This document shows positions 28,358 to 38,883 of a stretch of DNA of 64,000 nucleotides, one piece after another. Positions within the stretch are counted from its first letter, which is position 1; each line of letters starts with the position of its first letter. Made by a program: the position numbers and the translations under genes. The notes under the pieces are model-generated. The model did no database searches. It was not told the DNA's origin and saw only the letters and a program-made list of their open reading frames with translations. The DNA is from Phoronis australis (taxonomy: Eukaryota > Animalia > Phoronida): NCBI GenBank assembly GCA_002633005.1, contig NMRA01000310.1:376624-440623 (forward strand), in the 5' to 3' direction.

Positions 28358-28505
28358 AAAGTTGAGGATGAAAACTGAGACGCGATTCATGATCCAAGAT
28401 ATCAACTTGAGTGCCATTACTTCCTGATGATGGTTTTATGTCGATAAACAGAAACATTGACAACTTGGATCATGAATCGTGTCTCGCATTTCCATTTTCA
28501 ACTTT
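28358..28505. repeat. ~150-bp hairpin (about 48-bp arms)
   Basis: gagacgcgattcatgatccaag / cttggatcatgaatcgtgtctc. Confidence 0.75.
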
Positions 28506-30329
28506 CTCCAGTTACCATGGCCGGAAACTAGTGTAGTACTGACTATTTGGCTGAGTGATTCATACACTAAATGTAATGTATACATATTTTTTTGTCAAAA
28601 TGTTCCTACTTTTTCACAAGCTGTCTATGAAGCCTGTAGACACCTCAGAGTCTGAAGAGCAGTACATACATTAGTCGCATTACGTGACCTCGTAATTGCA
28701 AATCCAAAAAAGTGCTGTCCGTACCAGGGCTCAAACTGGGAACTTTTTGCAATGGGTACAGACTGAAGCTTTAATTTAGTCTAAAGAGTATACTTTAGAT
28801 ATGAGAAGCTGGGAACACCAACTGAACACAAGTGTTACCAAACTTGTGTTTTGAACAGCTTCACGTTCAAGTTGTCTAATATTTGCAATGTACATGATCA
28901 CTGCCATTCTTAACTAGCAATATTTCTATTCAAGAGCTTAAAAATAACATACAGTCACTATAAGGCTGTTTATTAAGAACGTCAATATCACAATAATACC
29001 CAAAATATCACGATTTTTCTCAAACATCTACATTAACAGTATAAGCTGTTGTATGCTTTGCCACTGGGAATTGAAAGAAAATCTGAACTTAGACGCACCA
29101 AACATCTCATTCCTGCATTTTTCCACTTCATAAATTGCATTTAAATACATTTTTGGGATTTATCAAGGGTCAAATACCCTAACCTTTGGTAATAATCACT
29201 TTGGCTTGTCCCTAATTTTGAGAACCAGGCAAGATTGAATAACACTCATTTTTCAGCGAATGAAATTAGTTCTCAAAATCGGGGACCATCAAAAGGGACT
29301 ATTGCCTAAGTTTTCACAGTGTAACATCTTTAAGTTAAAGAACATAGAAATGTGTAAAAAATAACTACTAAATTTGATCACGGCTCACAAAACACAGACT
29401 GCAGACTCACTGAGGATTTATCCAGAACAGGTAACATTACTACCGGAAAAGGAAGGTGAGTCCAAATACCAGGCAGGTGGGCAGCAACGAGTTCGTGAAA
29501 CATCACATTCTAATCCTTTATAAATAGCAAACGATGCTCTATACGTAGAAGTTGCCTTGACAGCCAAACTCTCTTTTTGGTGGATAAAATGGTGTCCTGC
29601 AAATGCCAACTTGAAAAGTCAAGTCTTGATCAATGGAGTTTTTCAAAAGCGGCCTGTACAGGTGCACCACACCATACATAGTTGCATTAACTGTCAAAAT
29701 GGATGCTGGAGAAGCAAAGTTAACGGACTGCCATTTGCATTATCTATGAACCCATTTACAGATTACGCCAGCCTATTGGTGTATCAAGCTTCTTTCACAG
29801 ACGTCCGTCCACATTTGCATGTCACAAGCGCCGTAACCCACATATTCCAACTGTTTCATGGCTAATTAACATTGGATATTATACTGTTTTATACAGAAAA
29901 TCAACAAGGAAGTCACTAGTGAAGGCATGCTACATTATGAAGACAAATTTATGCTTGTTTATCAGATGTATTTCAGCTCATCGTGAAGTCTACATCATGT
30001 TTTCATTAGTGACGGTCATCTTTCTCACTCATTTGCATTGCGAATGCCTCAAGTACAACCATCTTCACGTGACCGATGGTTATGAGACGAAGAGGAAGGT
30101 TTATCGTATATACATGTTCCCGTGCTAAAATTATTACTTTGATTGACATGTCAGAACTATCCATTACAAATTGTCGTTTTTTCCAAAGTCCAGGATTTCT
30201 GACCTCAGAAAGGAACAAGTTGAGACCAATTTTATAGTGGAATGTTGTCCAATTCCAAACTATAAAGGATTTTTACGTAAAAATGGATGCATTTGGTTTT
30301 CACTAACTTTCTCCAACCTCCAACACTAA

Positions 30330-30606
30330 TCACATGTCTACATGTCCTTCACATGTCTACATGTCCTTCACATGTCTACATGTCCTTCACATGTCGACAT
30401 GTCCTTCACATGTCTACATGTCCACATGTCGACATGTCCTTCACATGTCTTCATGTCCTTCACATGCCTAAATGTCCTTCACATGTCTACTGACATATCC
30501 TTCACATGTCTATATGTCCTTCACATGTCTACATGTCCTTCACATGTCTACTTGTCCTTCATCTCCAACACTAACCACATGTCCAAATGTCTACATGTCC
30601 TTCACA
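30330..30606. repeat. 19-bp minisatellite overlapping the ZDHHC24 stop codon
   Basis: (catgtctacatgtccttca)n, roughly a dozen imperfect units. Confidence 0.92.
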
Positions 30607-30940
30607 TTTTCAAACACAGTCCTCTTAACAAACTCTGTGCCTTTCTCAATCAGCGGTGAGGGTATAAAAGGACTCAACCACGCGATGTACCAATTCTGAC
30701 CGAACACCGACTTGATATTCGCTTTCCAACCTATGTTATACTCCGTGACATGCCGAGCTTGTTCGTACAACGTCTGATTCTTGACTATCAGATTTAGCTG
30801 ATACACCAGGTAGGCTAGTGACAACAGAAATCCAATCAACACTAACGCTGATATGAAGGCAACTGTGAATGTATAAGTGACCGAGAATCCCAAAATCCAA
30901 CTAAGGAGAGGTAGTAACATAGTCACCACTGTCTTCCAGT
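30591..30940 (-). CDS. ZDHHC24: ZDHHC24-like exon 2, 3' part (overlapping haplotype copy) to stop
   Basis: NQTLYE, YNIGWKANIKSVFGQNWYIAWLSPFIPSPL (TTxE/PaCCT-like region), TAG at 30591-30593; collapsing the 280-bp duplicate gives ~281 aa. Confidence 0.88.
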
Positions 30941-30941
30941 N

Positions 30942-31452
30942 GGTATAAAAGGACTCAGCCACGCGATGTACCAATTCTGACCAAACACCGACTTGACGTT
31001 TGCTTTCCAACCTATGTTATACTCCGTGATATGCCGAGCTTGTTCGTACAACGTCTGATTCTTGACTATCAGATTTAGCTGATACACCAGGTAGGCTAGT
31101 GACAACAGAAATCCAATCAAAACTAACGCTGATATGAAGGCAACTGTGAATGTATAAGTGACCGAGAATCCCAAAATCCAACTAATGAGAGGTAGTAACA
31201 TAGTCACCACTGTCTTCCAGTCGAGGCCACCGAGGACTTCCCAACTGAAGTCAAAATTAAAGAGATTCGCGTAGATTCCAGCTATGGACAACCATAGCAA
31301 GAGGGTGACGAAGTAGCGCTGGTTGCCGAAGCCAATGCAGTTCCCAGTAAAGAAGCAGTGGTGATCACGCTTGAGTATGCACACGTCACATGACGAGCAG
31401 TGGAAAGAACGAGGCGGAGCGTTGCACTCACACACACTACAGAATCTCCAAC
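30942..31452 (-). CDS. ZDHHC24: ZDHHC24-like exon 2, 5' part with DHHC cysteine-rich domain
   Basis: tttcag acceptor; GWRFCSVCECNAPPRSFHCSSCDVCILKRDHHCFFTGNCIGFGNQRYF; interrupted by a single N at 30941. Confidence 0.93.
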
Positions 31453-31509
31453 CTGAAACAAGCAATGTCAAAAGTTAGCTCAAGGGCACTTAATTCCAGA
31501 TCTTAGTTG

Positions 31510-31781
31510 CGTCGTAGACCAGACTGAGTTAACTTGCAATGCTCACGCGCCCGAGATGAAGTCTAGTACCGTAAAAATGTAAATGTTTGCCATAGTTTTT
31601 CAATAACCCCGTCTGCCAGATATGTCTAATGAGATTGTTTGTTTTAACTCTACGGCAAACATTTAGATTTCAAATGTCAGAGAGCAATTGAACTCAGGCG
31701 CAGCAGTTCACATGGTCTACGAGGTTGGACCATGTAAGCAGGCCAAGTTAACATAGTCTGGTGACTTACTTCTTCTACAAC
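31510..31781. mobile_element. MITE, gtagacca family copy
   Basis: ccagactgagttaacttg / caagttaacatagtctgg inverted motifs shared with 37917-38313. Confidence 0.6.
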
Positions 31782-32268
31782 AGTAGCATCACAACTATCT
31801 CTGTCCCTAACAAACTATTTGGATATGTCACTCTTACAGTTGATACACGGAGGCAGTGAGATGACAGGACAATGAACGATAAATGGTAGATGTGTTTAGC
31901 AGAAGTACACTCAAATAATTAATAAATAGCCAAGTAGTATACAACTTCATATTCCAGACATGTTTCGAGGTGTACTCCTCATTCTCAAAGGTACAAGAAC
32001 CGGCATGATGTAAAGGTCAAGGTCACGAGTAAAAGGTCATGCACGCATGAGAAATGATAACTCAAGGTCAATAACTCAAGGGTAAACAAACCACATCTTA
32101 GACAATAGTTGCTGGTTTCAAATCCTTGGCTACTCTCAAATTAGCGGTGTAAGAATTAATAGGAACGCATGCTTAGCAACATTTGAGATCAAAGCAGCGG
32201 AGAGTAAAGCAACATCAAGCAGATATTTCTCAGCAACATCTTGGGTAGGCAATGACCATCGCCTCTGT

Positions 32269-33130
32269 TGGCCCGAACCAGAGGCGATACAGAGGCTATA
32301 GGCGCTCTGTACGTCGGAAGCTTTTCGGCGAATTATGCCTCGTACCAACTAAACCATCAAAGTCACGTTGTTACGCATAGAGGAACACCTGAGGAGGTTG
32401 TCGATGTGTTTAATTCCTTCCAACTCGAACAAATACTCCCATTATCAAACTTTTTCTTCGAGCAGTCCCTATTTCAGTTCCCAAAATCGTGAACTCGCCA
32501 TTTTTATAGTGCGCACGCTCCAATTTTTACCGCGCTCGCTAGGTGATGTGACTTCATGACCTCAATCTTTAAATAGGCCAAAGAGGTGAGCCATTGCGGT
32601 CTTGTCAGTCAAATGTTCGTTTCCAAAATGCCCACTTATACTTGTCTTTAATTGGCGTTACTTGAAACTGATTGTATTTCAATGAATTATTGTTTTAATT
32701 TGATAAAAATAAATGCTGTTGATATGACATTTAGTAGTCTTTGTGCACATATTTGACATTTTAATGTTTAACAACACGGCAAATGCACGGCTGGTTCCCG
32801 GCAGCACGTACGCGAAGGGCGGGAACTTCAGCTTTCAAAGTAGGTCCGCAACTTCTGACCTTCGGCCTAGTTAAAAAAATGAAAATGTTGATTTCACGAT
32901 TTTGGGAACTGAAATAGGGACTGCTCGAAGAAAAAGTTTCATAACAGGAGTATTTGTTCGAGTTGGAAGCAATTAAACACATCGACAACCTCCTAAGGTG
33001 TTCCTTTATGCGCAAAAGGTATTTATAACAACGTGACTTTGATGGTTTAGTCGGTGCGAGGCATAATTCGCCGAAAAGCTTCCGGCGTACAGAGCGCCTA
33101 TAGGGTCTGCATCGCCTCTGGTTCGGGCCA
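32269..33130. mobile_element. Foldback/MITE with ~240-bp inverted arms in the ZDHHC24 intron
   Basis: 32269-~32510 is the reverse complement of ~32880-33130 (tggcccgaaccagaggcga...tcgcctctggttcgggcca). Confidence 0.85.
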
Positions 33131-33316
33131 GTTGAGTGCAGGGGCTCTGACCACAGGCACTCTCATTATTATAATGTCATATGAGCATCTGATTAAAGGT
33201 GAAAGCCCTGATGACCAAGAGCGACACAGTGTCACAGAGAATCATGTTTTACTTTTGATTTAAGTTTAGGCCTACACATTTTCATTTCCAATGCAATCAA
33301 CTTAAACAATGGTTAC

Positions 33317-33581
33317 CTGGCTTCAATGTGCTAGGAAGTACTAAGCCCATAACTGAATTGTTAGCAGTTAAGGTTTTAAAGAAACTTCCTAAAATGTTAC
33401 TGAGGAAGAACAACGCTACAGCGAAATGAAAATAGTAACCAGTCGTCTTCTCGGAATGATATACAGTGGGCAGAACCATGAAGACTTCAAAGAGAAATAT
33501 CACGGGAACCATCACTGAAAAGAAGCCGCAGGCAAATATATCTGTCGGCAACTTCGGAATTAATCGCTTGATATGATCCAT
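33317..33581 (-). CDS. ZDHHC24: ZDHHC24-like palmitoyltransferase exon 1 (TM1-TM2)
   Basis: ATG at 33581 (MDHIKRLIPK...), two hydrophobic helices, ends VLPSTLKP + g|gtaacc (phase 1). Confidence 0.85.
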
Positions 33582-33950
33582 CTTCACAGAAAATGCATAA
33601 CCTTCAGCAAATTTAATCCGCACCGCTTCGAAGTTGCGCAATACAGACGCGACATCTACCGTTGTTGAACACAGGTGATAATCTCATAACCTACTTTTTG
33701 ATGTCGCATTAATAAAAATGCGTTATAATTTTGATACTTTCAAACCAACATGATGTCACTAAAACTATTATAGACCCCAAAACTTGTTATTATTGTTATT
33801 CATTCTCGTAAAGTAGCAAGCAATGTAAACCTATTTATAGGCTATCTTCCTGTTTTGGAGGTTTTCTGTTGCGAAAACTACAAAGCGCTTACACAGCCAA
33901 ATGCGTTCGTCTTTCGGAAAGTCTCTTAGGCATTGTTAGCAGCTTAGATA
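33582..33950. promoter_or_regulatory. Bidirectional promoter/5'UTR region shared by ZDHHC24-like and GNL1
   Basis: Divergent ATGs only 369 bp apart. Confidence 0.7.
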
Positions 33951-34032
33951 ATGCACAGAAAGAAACCTTTCAGTGCCAAACAAAAGAAGAAGCAACTTCA
34001 AGAGAAAAGAGAGCACAAGCAAACTAGACATG
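33951..34032 (+). CDS. GNL1: GNL1 exon 1
   Basis: MHRKKPFSAKQKKKQLQEKR matches the GNL1 N-terminus (MPRKKPFSVKQKKKQLQDKR); gtgaga donor. Confidence 0.93.
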
Positions 34033-34689
34033 GTGAGACAAACACAAAGCACCATGGTAATTAGCCAGCCAACTGGCCTTTCTAGCCACAGGCGCTTGGG
34101 TTTACCTGTTCCTCGTCGACCTCGATCACAAATGACGTCACTCACTACTACATGTAAGAAAACATAAAGGTTGGACACTCGAAATCTGTTTCCTCAAAAT
34201 TTTCTACTCAAATGTGCATGGAACTCCACGAAACTAGCATCGAACAACTCTTAGAATGCCTTCTTTCATTTGATCTCTTCAAATTGCCTTCGAGTGGTGA
34301 TTTGACGACAAAAATGCCAAAAGAATGCCAAAATCACAAATTCAAGGAACTTCTTATTCCGTGATGTCATGGCAGACGGTCTTCGCACATCCGGGTTTTT
34401 GACGGACGCTCCTGAGCTAAATCCGAAAGTCTTCGCGCGCCGTCAATCCCTCGACTACTTGGTCATGAGAAGCAGAGCTAGAGCACTTGAAAAAATATCA
34501 TTGCCAAATAAATGTAACTATACTCAGATATTTGTGTCAAATATAAATTATCCTGATACTGTATTGATATGGGAAGTTTTTTTGTGTACTGTGATTTGTT
34601 ATGAAGGTTTTACTTTTGGCCAAAACCAATTGAGTTAACTCGTCGGCCACGCGCATTGTAATACTTGCACGGACTGCGTTTCCTGGCCG

Positions 34690-36389
34690 AGTGTGTGTAG
34701 TGCTTCAATCAAAAAAGTGCGTGATGTCAAGATGAGAAACAAGATACGCCGTCAGTGGAATAAAGTTACAAATAATCATTAAAATACTAACTTTAACATT
34801 CTCAATTAGTTGAGTTTTGGATTAGAATTATTGAATTTGAAATATAGGCTGCTTGCTCAAACTCGAAGTTTCACCTACGACAGGCGTACGAGTTGAAGCA
34901 CAACTGATATCCACCATGTTTAATAATTTAGTTCCTTGAATTCCGAGTTTTGAGATTGTTTTGGAAATTCCATCGCCGATTCACCACTCACGGAGACAGT
35001 TAATGGGATCTAGGAAAGATAAGGCTTCGAAGGTTTATGCAATACCAGACTGAGGGAGGTGCACGCAGATTTTATTTGGATTTTGGACAGTTGAAGTTGG
35101 GAGCCTCGGCTTGGCAAAGTTTTAGTGTCCAACCTTTATGTTTCTTATGTATGGTTATGAGTGATCTGGAAATCCGAGCGCCTATGTTTCTAGCAATAAC
35201 AATGAATAACATTATGATAAAATAACACTAACATCATGTCAGCAGTGACCACCAGCACCGTCTCTAGCTGCGCCATGCAGTACATAGTGAAGCTCCTACA
35301 GGACCTTCGTACTCCGGAAGCTTTTCGGCGAATTGTGACTCACATTGATTAAAATATTAAAGTCACATTGTTATCAGCAACTGACCATTAACACTGCATG
35401 CGCTCNNNNNNNNNNNNNNNNNNNNNNNNNNNNNNNNNNNNNNNNNNNNNNNNNNNNNNNNNNNNNNNNNNNNNNNNNNNNNNNNNNNNNNNNNNNNNNN
35501 NNNNNNNNNNNNNNNNNNNNNNNNNNNNNNNNNNNNNNNNNNNNNNNNNNNNNNNNNNNNNNNNNNNNNNNNNNNNNNNNNNNNNNNNNNNNNNNNNNNN
35601 NNNNNNNNNNNNNNNNNNNNNNNNNNNNNNNNNNNNNNNNNNNAGTGTGTGTTGTGCTTCAATCAAAAAAGTGCGTGATGTCAAGATGAGAAACAAGATA
35701 CGCCAGTTTATGTAATAAAATTCTAAGTTAAGGGCTAAAATGATCCGTCAGTGGAATAAAGTTACAAATAATCATTAAAATACTAACTTTAACATTCTCA
35801 ATTAGTTGAGTTTTGGATTAGAATTATTGAATTTGAAATATAGGTTGCTTGCTCAAACTCAAAGTTTCACCTACGACAGGCGTACAAGTTGAAGCACAAC
35901 TGATATCCGCCATGTTTAATAATTTAGTTCCTTGAATTCCGAGTTTTGAGATTGTTTTGGAAATTCCATCGCCGATTCACCACTCACGGAGACAGTTAAT
36001 GGGATCTAGGAAAGATAAGGCTTCGAAGGTTTATGCATTACCAGACTGAGGGAGGTGCACGCAGATTTTATTTGGATTTTGGACAGTTGAAGTTGGGAGC
36101 CTCGGCTTGGCAAAGTTTTAGTGTCCAACCTTTATGTTTCTTATATATGGTTATGAGTGATCTGGAAATCCGAGCGCTTATGTTTCTAGCAATAACAATG
36201 ATAAAATAACACTAACATCATGTCAGCAGTGACCACCAGCACCGTCTCTAGCTGCGCCATGCAGTACATAGTGAAGCTCCTACAGGACCTTCGTACTCCG
36301 GAAGCTTTTCGGCGAATTGTGACTCACATTGATTAAAATATTAAAGTCACATTGTTATCAGCAACTCACCATTAACACTGCATGCGCTC
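34690..36389. other. Gap-flanking duplication (34690-35405 / 35644-36389), likely uncollapsed haplotypes
   Basis: Near-identical copies abut the N gap 35406-35643; they differ by SNPs and two small indels. Confidence 0.8.
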
Positions 36390-36563
36390 CTGACGTGCGG
36401 TAATGATAGGAGCGCGTTGGTAAACATGGCCAGTTGCTGATTTGGGCAATTGAAAGCAGGACAGCTCGAAGAAAAAGTTTGATTACGGGAGTATTTGTTC
36501 AAGTTTGAGGGATTTAAAAACATCGACGACCTCCTAAGGTGGACTTCGCAAAAGGTACATAAC

Positions 36564-37654
36564 TGTAGTAATAGCCGAGGTTACCTGACCTGGAAAACGA
36601 ACCAGCGACCCCCATAAGACTGGCGAGCATGCTAACCATTCAGGTACTAGGCAATTGCTCGTTAGCGAGTAGCTAACAGAGGCTCATATGATTCACTGGA
36701 AGCACATCTACAACATTCCCCCCTTTCCTACGGAACACCAGGATGTCTCGCACACAGGTCATCAACGTCCCTTGGTACTTTTACCACCCAACACAGGTGA
36801 ACACAAGGTAGTCTCTCATACAGGACCTCGACTCCTGGAACCTTCCATGCATGCCGTCCCAAGGTCCGCGGATACTAGTTGACAGTGGAGAATAGGTTGG
36901 TTATTGGTCTCTAGAGACATTGCAGTATAAGATGATCACTTACTTAGAGACGTGGTAGGTTGGTTGCAGACGTTTCGACCTGGTCCGCCAGATCTTTATC
37001 AATGAATGAGGGATTTCCCGCCTTTCACTGGTTAAGAATGCATGAATACACGAGAGGTAAGTGGAAACCTCTGTCCCGGTTCAAGAGGGGGTGCTGAGTA
37101 CTGATGTTTATGGACTCTTTTAGCTTTCAAACATTCCAATTCTGTTCTTTGTCTAGGATTCTGGATGACGCAAAAGAGATGGAATGCCCAGTCGCCAATT
37201 AAGTGTTCCCCCACAGCTGTTGGTCTGTCTAGTTTCCAGTCATACAGGATCCTAGCCAAAGAACAGAATTGGTATGCTCTCAAGCTGAAAGAGCCCATAA
37301 ACATCAGCACTCAGTGGCCCCTCTTGAACCAGGACAGAGGTCTCCACTTACCTCCCGTGTATTCAAACATTCTTAACCACCGGGCGTACGAGGTCGAAAC
37401 ATCTGCAACCAACCTACCCCGTCTCTAATTAAGTGATTATTTTATAATGTAGTTGGCAGTGCTTCATCGGTAGATCATCCGTTTGCTGACTACGCCATTT
37501 GTAGTAATGCCGAGATTACCCGACCCGGGAATCGAACCAGCGACCTCCATAAAACCGGCGAGCGTGGTAACCATTCAGCTAATAAGCAATTGCCCGTTAG
37601 TGAGTGAGTATCTAACAGAGGCTCGTGTGATTCACCGGAACCAAATCTACAACA
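36564..37654 (-). mobile_element. Non-autonomous miniature LTR retrotransposon (TRIM) with tRNA-derived LTRs (Ajax-like)
   Basis: Direct repeats 36564-36715 and 37500-37654 with TG..CA ends; PBS TGGCGTAGTCAGCA at 37497-37484; PPT at 36729-36716; A box TAGCTGAATGG (37581-37571) and B box GGTTCGATTCC (37538-37528). Confidence 0.85.
36923..37449. mobile_element. Palindromic Penelope-like element remnant (GIY-YIG C-terminus plus inverted pLTR)
   Basis: ~200-bp inverted arms; RILAKEQNWYALKLKEPINISTQWPLLNQDRGLHLPPVYSNIL matches the PLE GIY-YIG tail motif E..W..R..KEAI.I...P.LNRD.G..LP..Y. Confidence 0.8.
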
Positions 37655-37916
37655 GTACAATGTGACTTTGATGTTTTAATCAGTCTGAGGTATAATTCAC
37701 CAAAAAGCTTCCGGCATATGAAGCTCCTCTAGTTGGCCTTGGTGGAGACGGTGAAGCTCCTGAGTGTCTCCACTGGGTCCAGCTAGGTGCGGTGAAGCTC
37801 CTACAGGAGCTTGTGTGTCTCTACTGCGTCCAGCTAGATACTGTGGTCACTAACACCAACAGTTACATAACTGTGTGGATCAGTGGAATAATCCCCATGT
37901 CTAGAGATATGGAGGT

Positions 37917-38313
37917 GTCGTAGACCAAGTAAGCCACCAGATCGAGTTATCATAGTCTGCTTGCATGGTCCAACTTCGTAGACCAGGTAAACTTATGTGC
38001 TGGAGTCACCTATCACTGAAGTCTGAATATTTGCCACGAATTTAGTCTGCCAAAAACAGATTGCCTCCAGTCAGTTTAATTCTATGACCTTTTTGTCATT
38101 CTGACTCTCTTCTCTAACGGACATTGTAACAAGCAAAAGCGCATTAAAAATGAAATCTACTTTAGGACAGTTGCATTTGGCAGACCTGGTCAATATAAAA
38201 GTGTGGCAAATATTCAGATTTCAATGTCAGAGTGCACCTTGAGTCTACAAGGTAGAACCATGTAAGCAGACCAAGTTAACTCAGTCTGGTGAGTTACTAG
38301 TACTTGGTCTACA
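37917..38313. mobile_element. MITE with ~70-bp TIRs (gtagacca family)
   Basis: gtcgtagaccaagta...tacttggtctacaac inverted ends; second copy at 31510-31781. Confidence 0.7.
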
Positions 38314-38735
38314 ACTGGACTATTGAACACGGGCTGGTGCTGGTGGCGTGAAAGTCGAGCATCCAAAGAGGCAATTCCCACTTAATAAGCATTGCGGAGT
38401 GGATAGTCATGTGTCACAACACTCCTCTGGATCTTGGAGGAGAGGCCCGTTTTGAGGGTCTGAGTAATTGTCTTTGCTTTTTTTGAGTTTCGTGTATTCT
38501 TCAGTGGGTGGATTCTACCATTGTTGGGCACTGATGTGCAAAAATATGAAATTGCATAGGCTGGTGTGTGAAAACACTGACCCACAGAAGTGACGCATAG
38601 TTGGCAATAGAGGAAAACATAACGCCTGAATTGTAAAGCTGAGCAACTCTGAATTTCGTTGTCTTGCTCATCTCTATAGTGTTGCGCATGATCTAGAAAC
38701 TTGTCTCTGTCATTGCCAATGTTCCTTTCCGTCAG

Positions 38736-38883
38736 ACCTGACTCATCAACGTTTGAGTAGAGCTCCTAAACACAAAGAGTTTGGTGGAAATAACCTTGAG
38801 AGCGATGATGACAGTGACGCTGAAGTACATGTGGTGAGGTTGAATGAACAGTCTTCATCATCTGGGACGTATGACCCCAACAG
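38736..38883 (+). CDS. GNL1: GNL1 exon 2
   Basis: gtcag/gtaggc; ...RLNEQSSSSGTYDPNR (GNL1 'YDPNRYRLHF'). Confidence 0.88.

Larger units (their letters stand above)
36225..37852. mobile_element. Related foldback element split by the TRIM insertion
   Basis: Shares ccggaagcttttcggcgaatt and ctcgaagaaaaagttt...cctcctaaggtg with 32269-33130; its right arm breaks at 36563 and resumes at 37655. Confidence 0.7.

Noticed and set aside
29557-29865. 102-aa ORF between convergent genes
   Set aside because: Non-ATG start, no recognisable motif or splice support
30330-30606. p53 response element array or CRISPR-like array
   Set aside because: CATG cores are spaced 4 and 7 bp apart rather than 6; there are no unique spacers and the context is eukaryotic
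30287-30699. His/Cys-rich repetitive ORFs (MSFTCLHVLHMSTCPSHV...)
   Set aside because: Translations of the 19-bp minisatellite on the non-coding strand
33582-33641. N-terminal extension of ZDHHC24 in the ORF track
   Set aside because: Begins at TTG; the first ATG at 33581 gives a family-typical length
37515-37590. Genuine tRNA gene
   Set aside because: A/B boxes are present, but there is no convincing acceptor or anticodon stem and the sequence lies within an LTR
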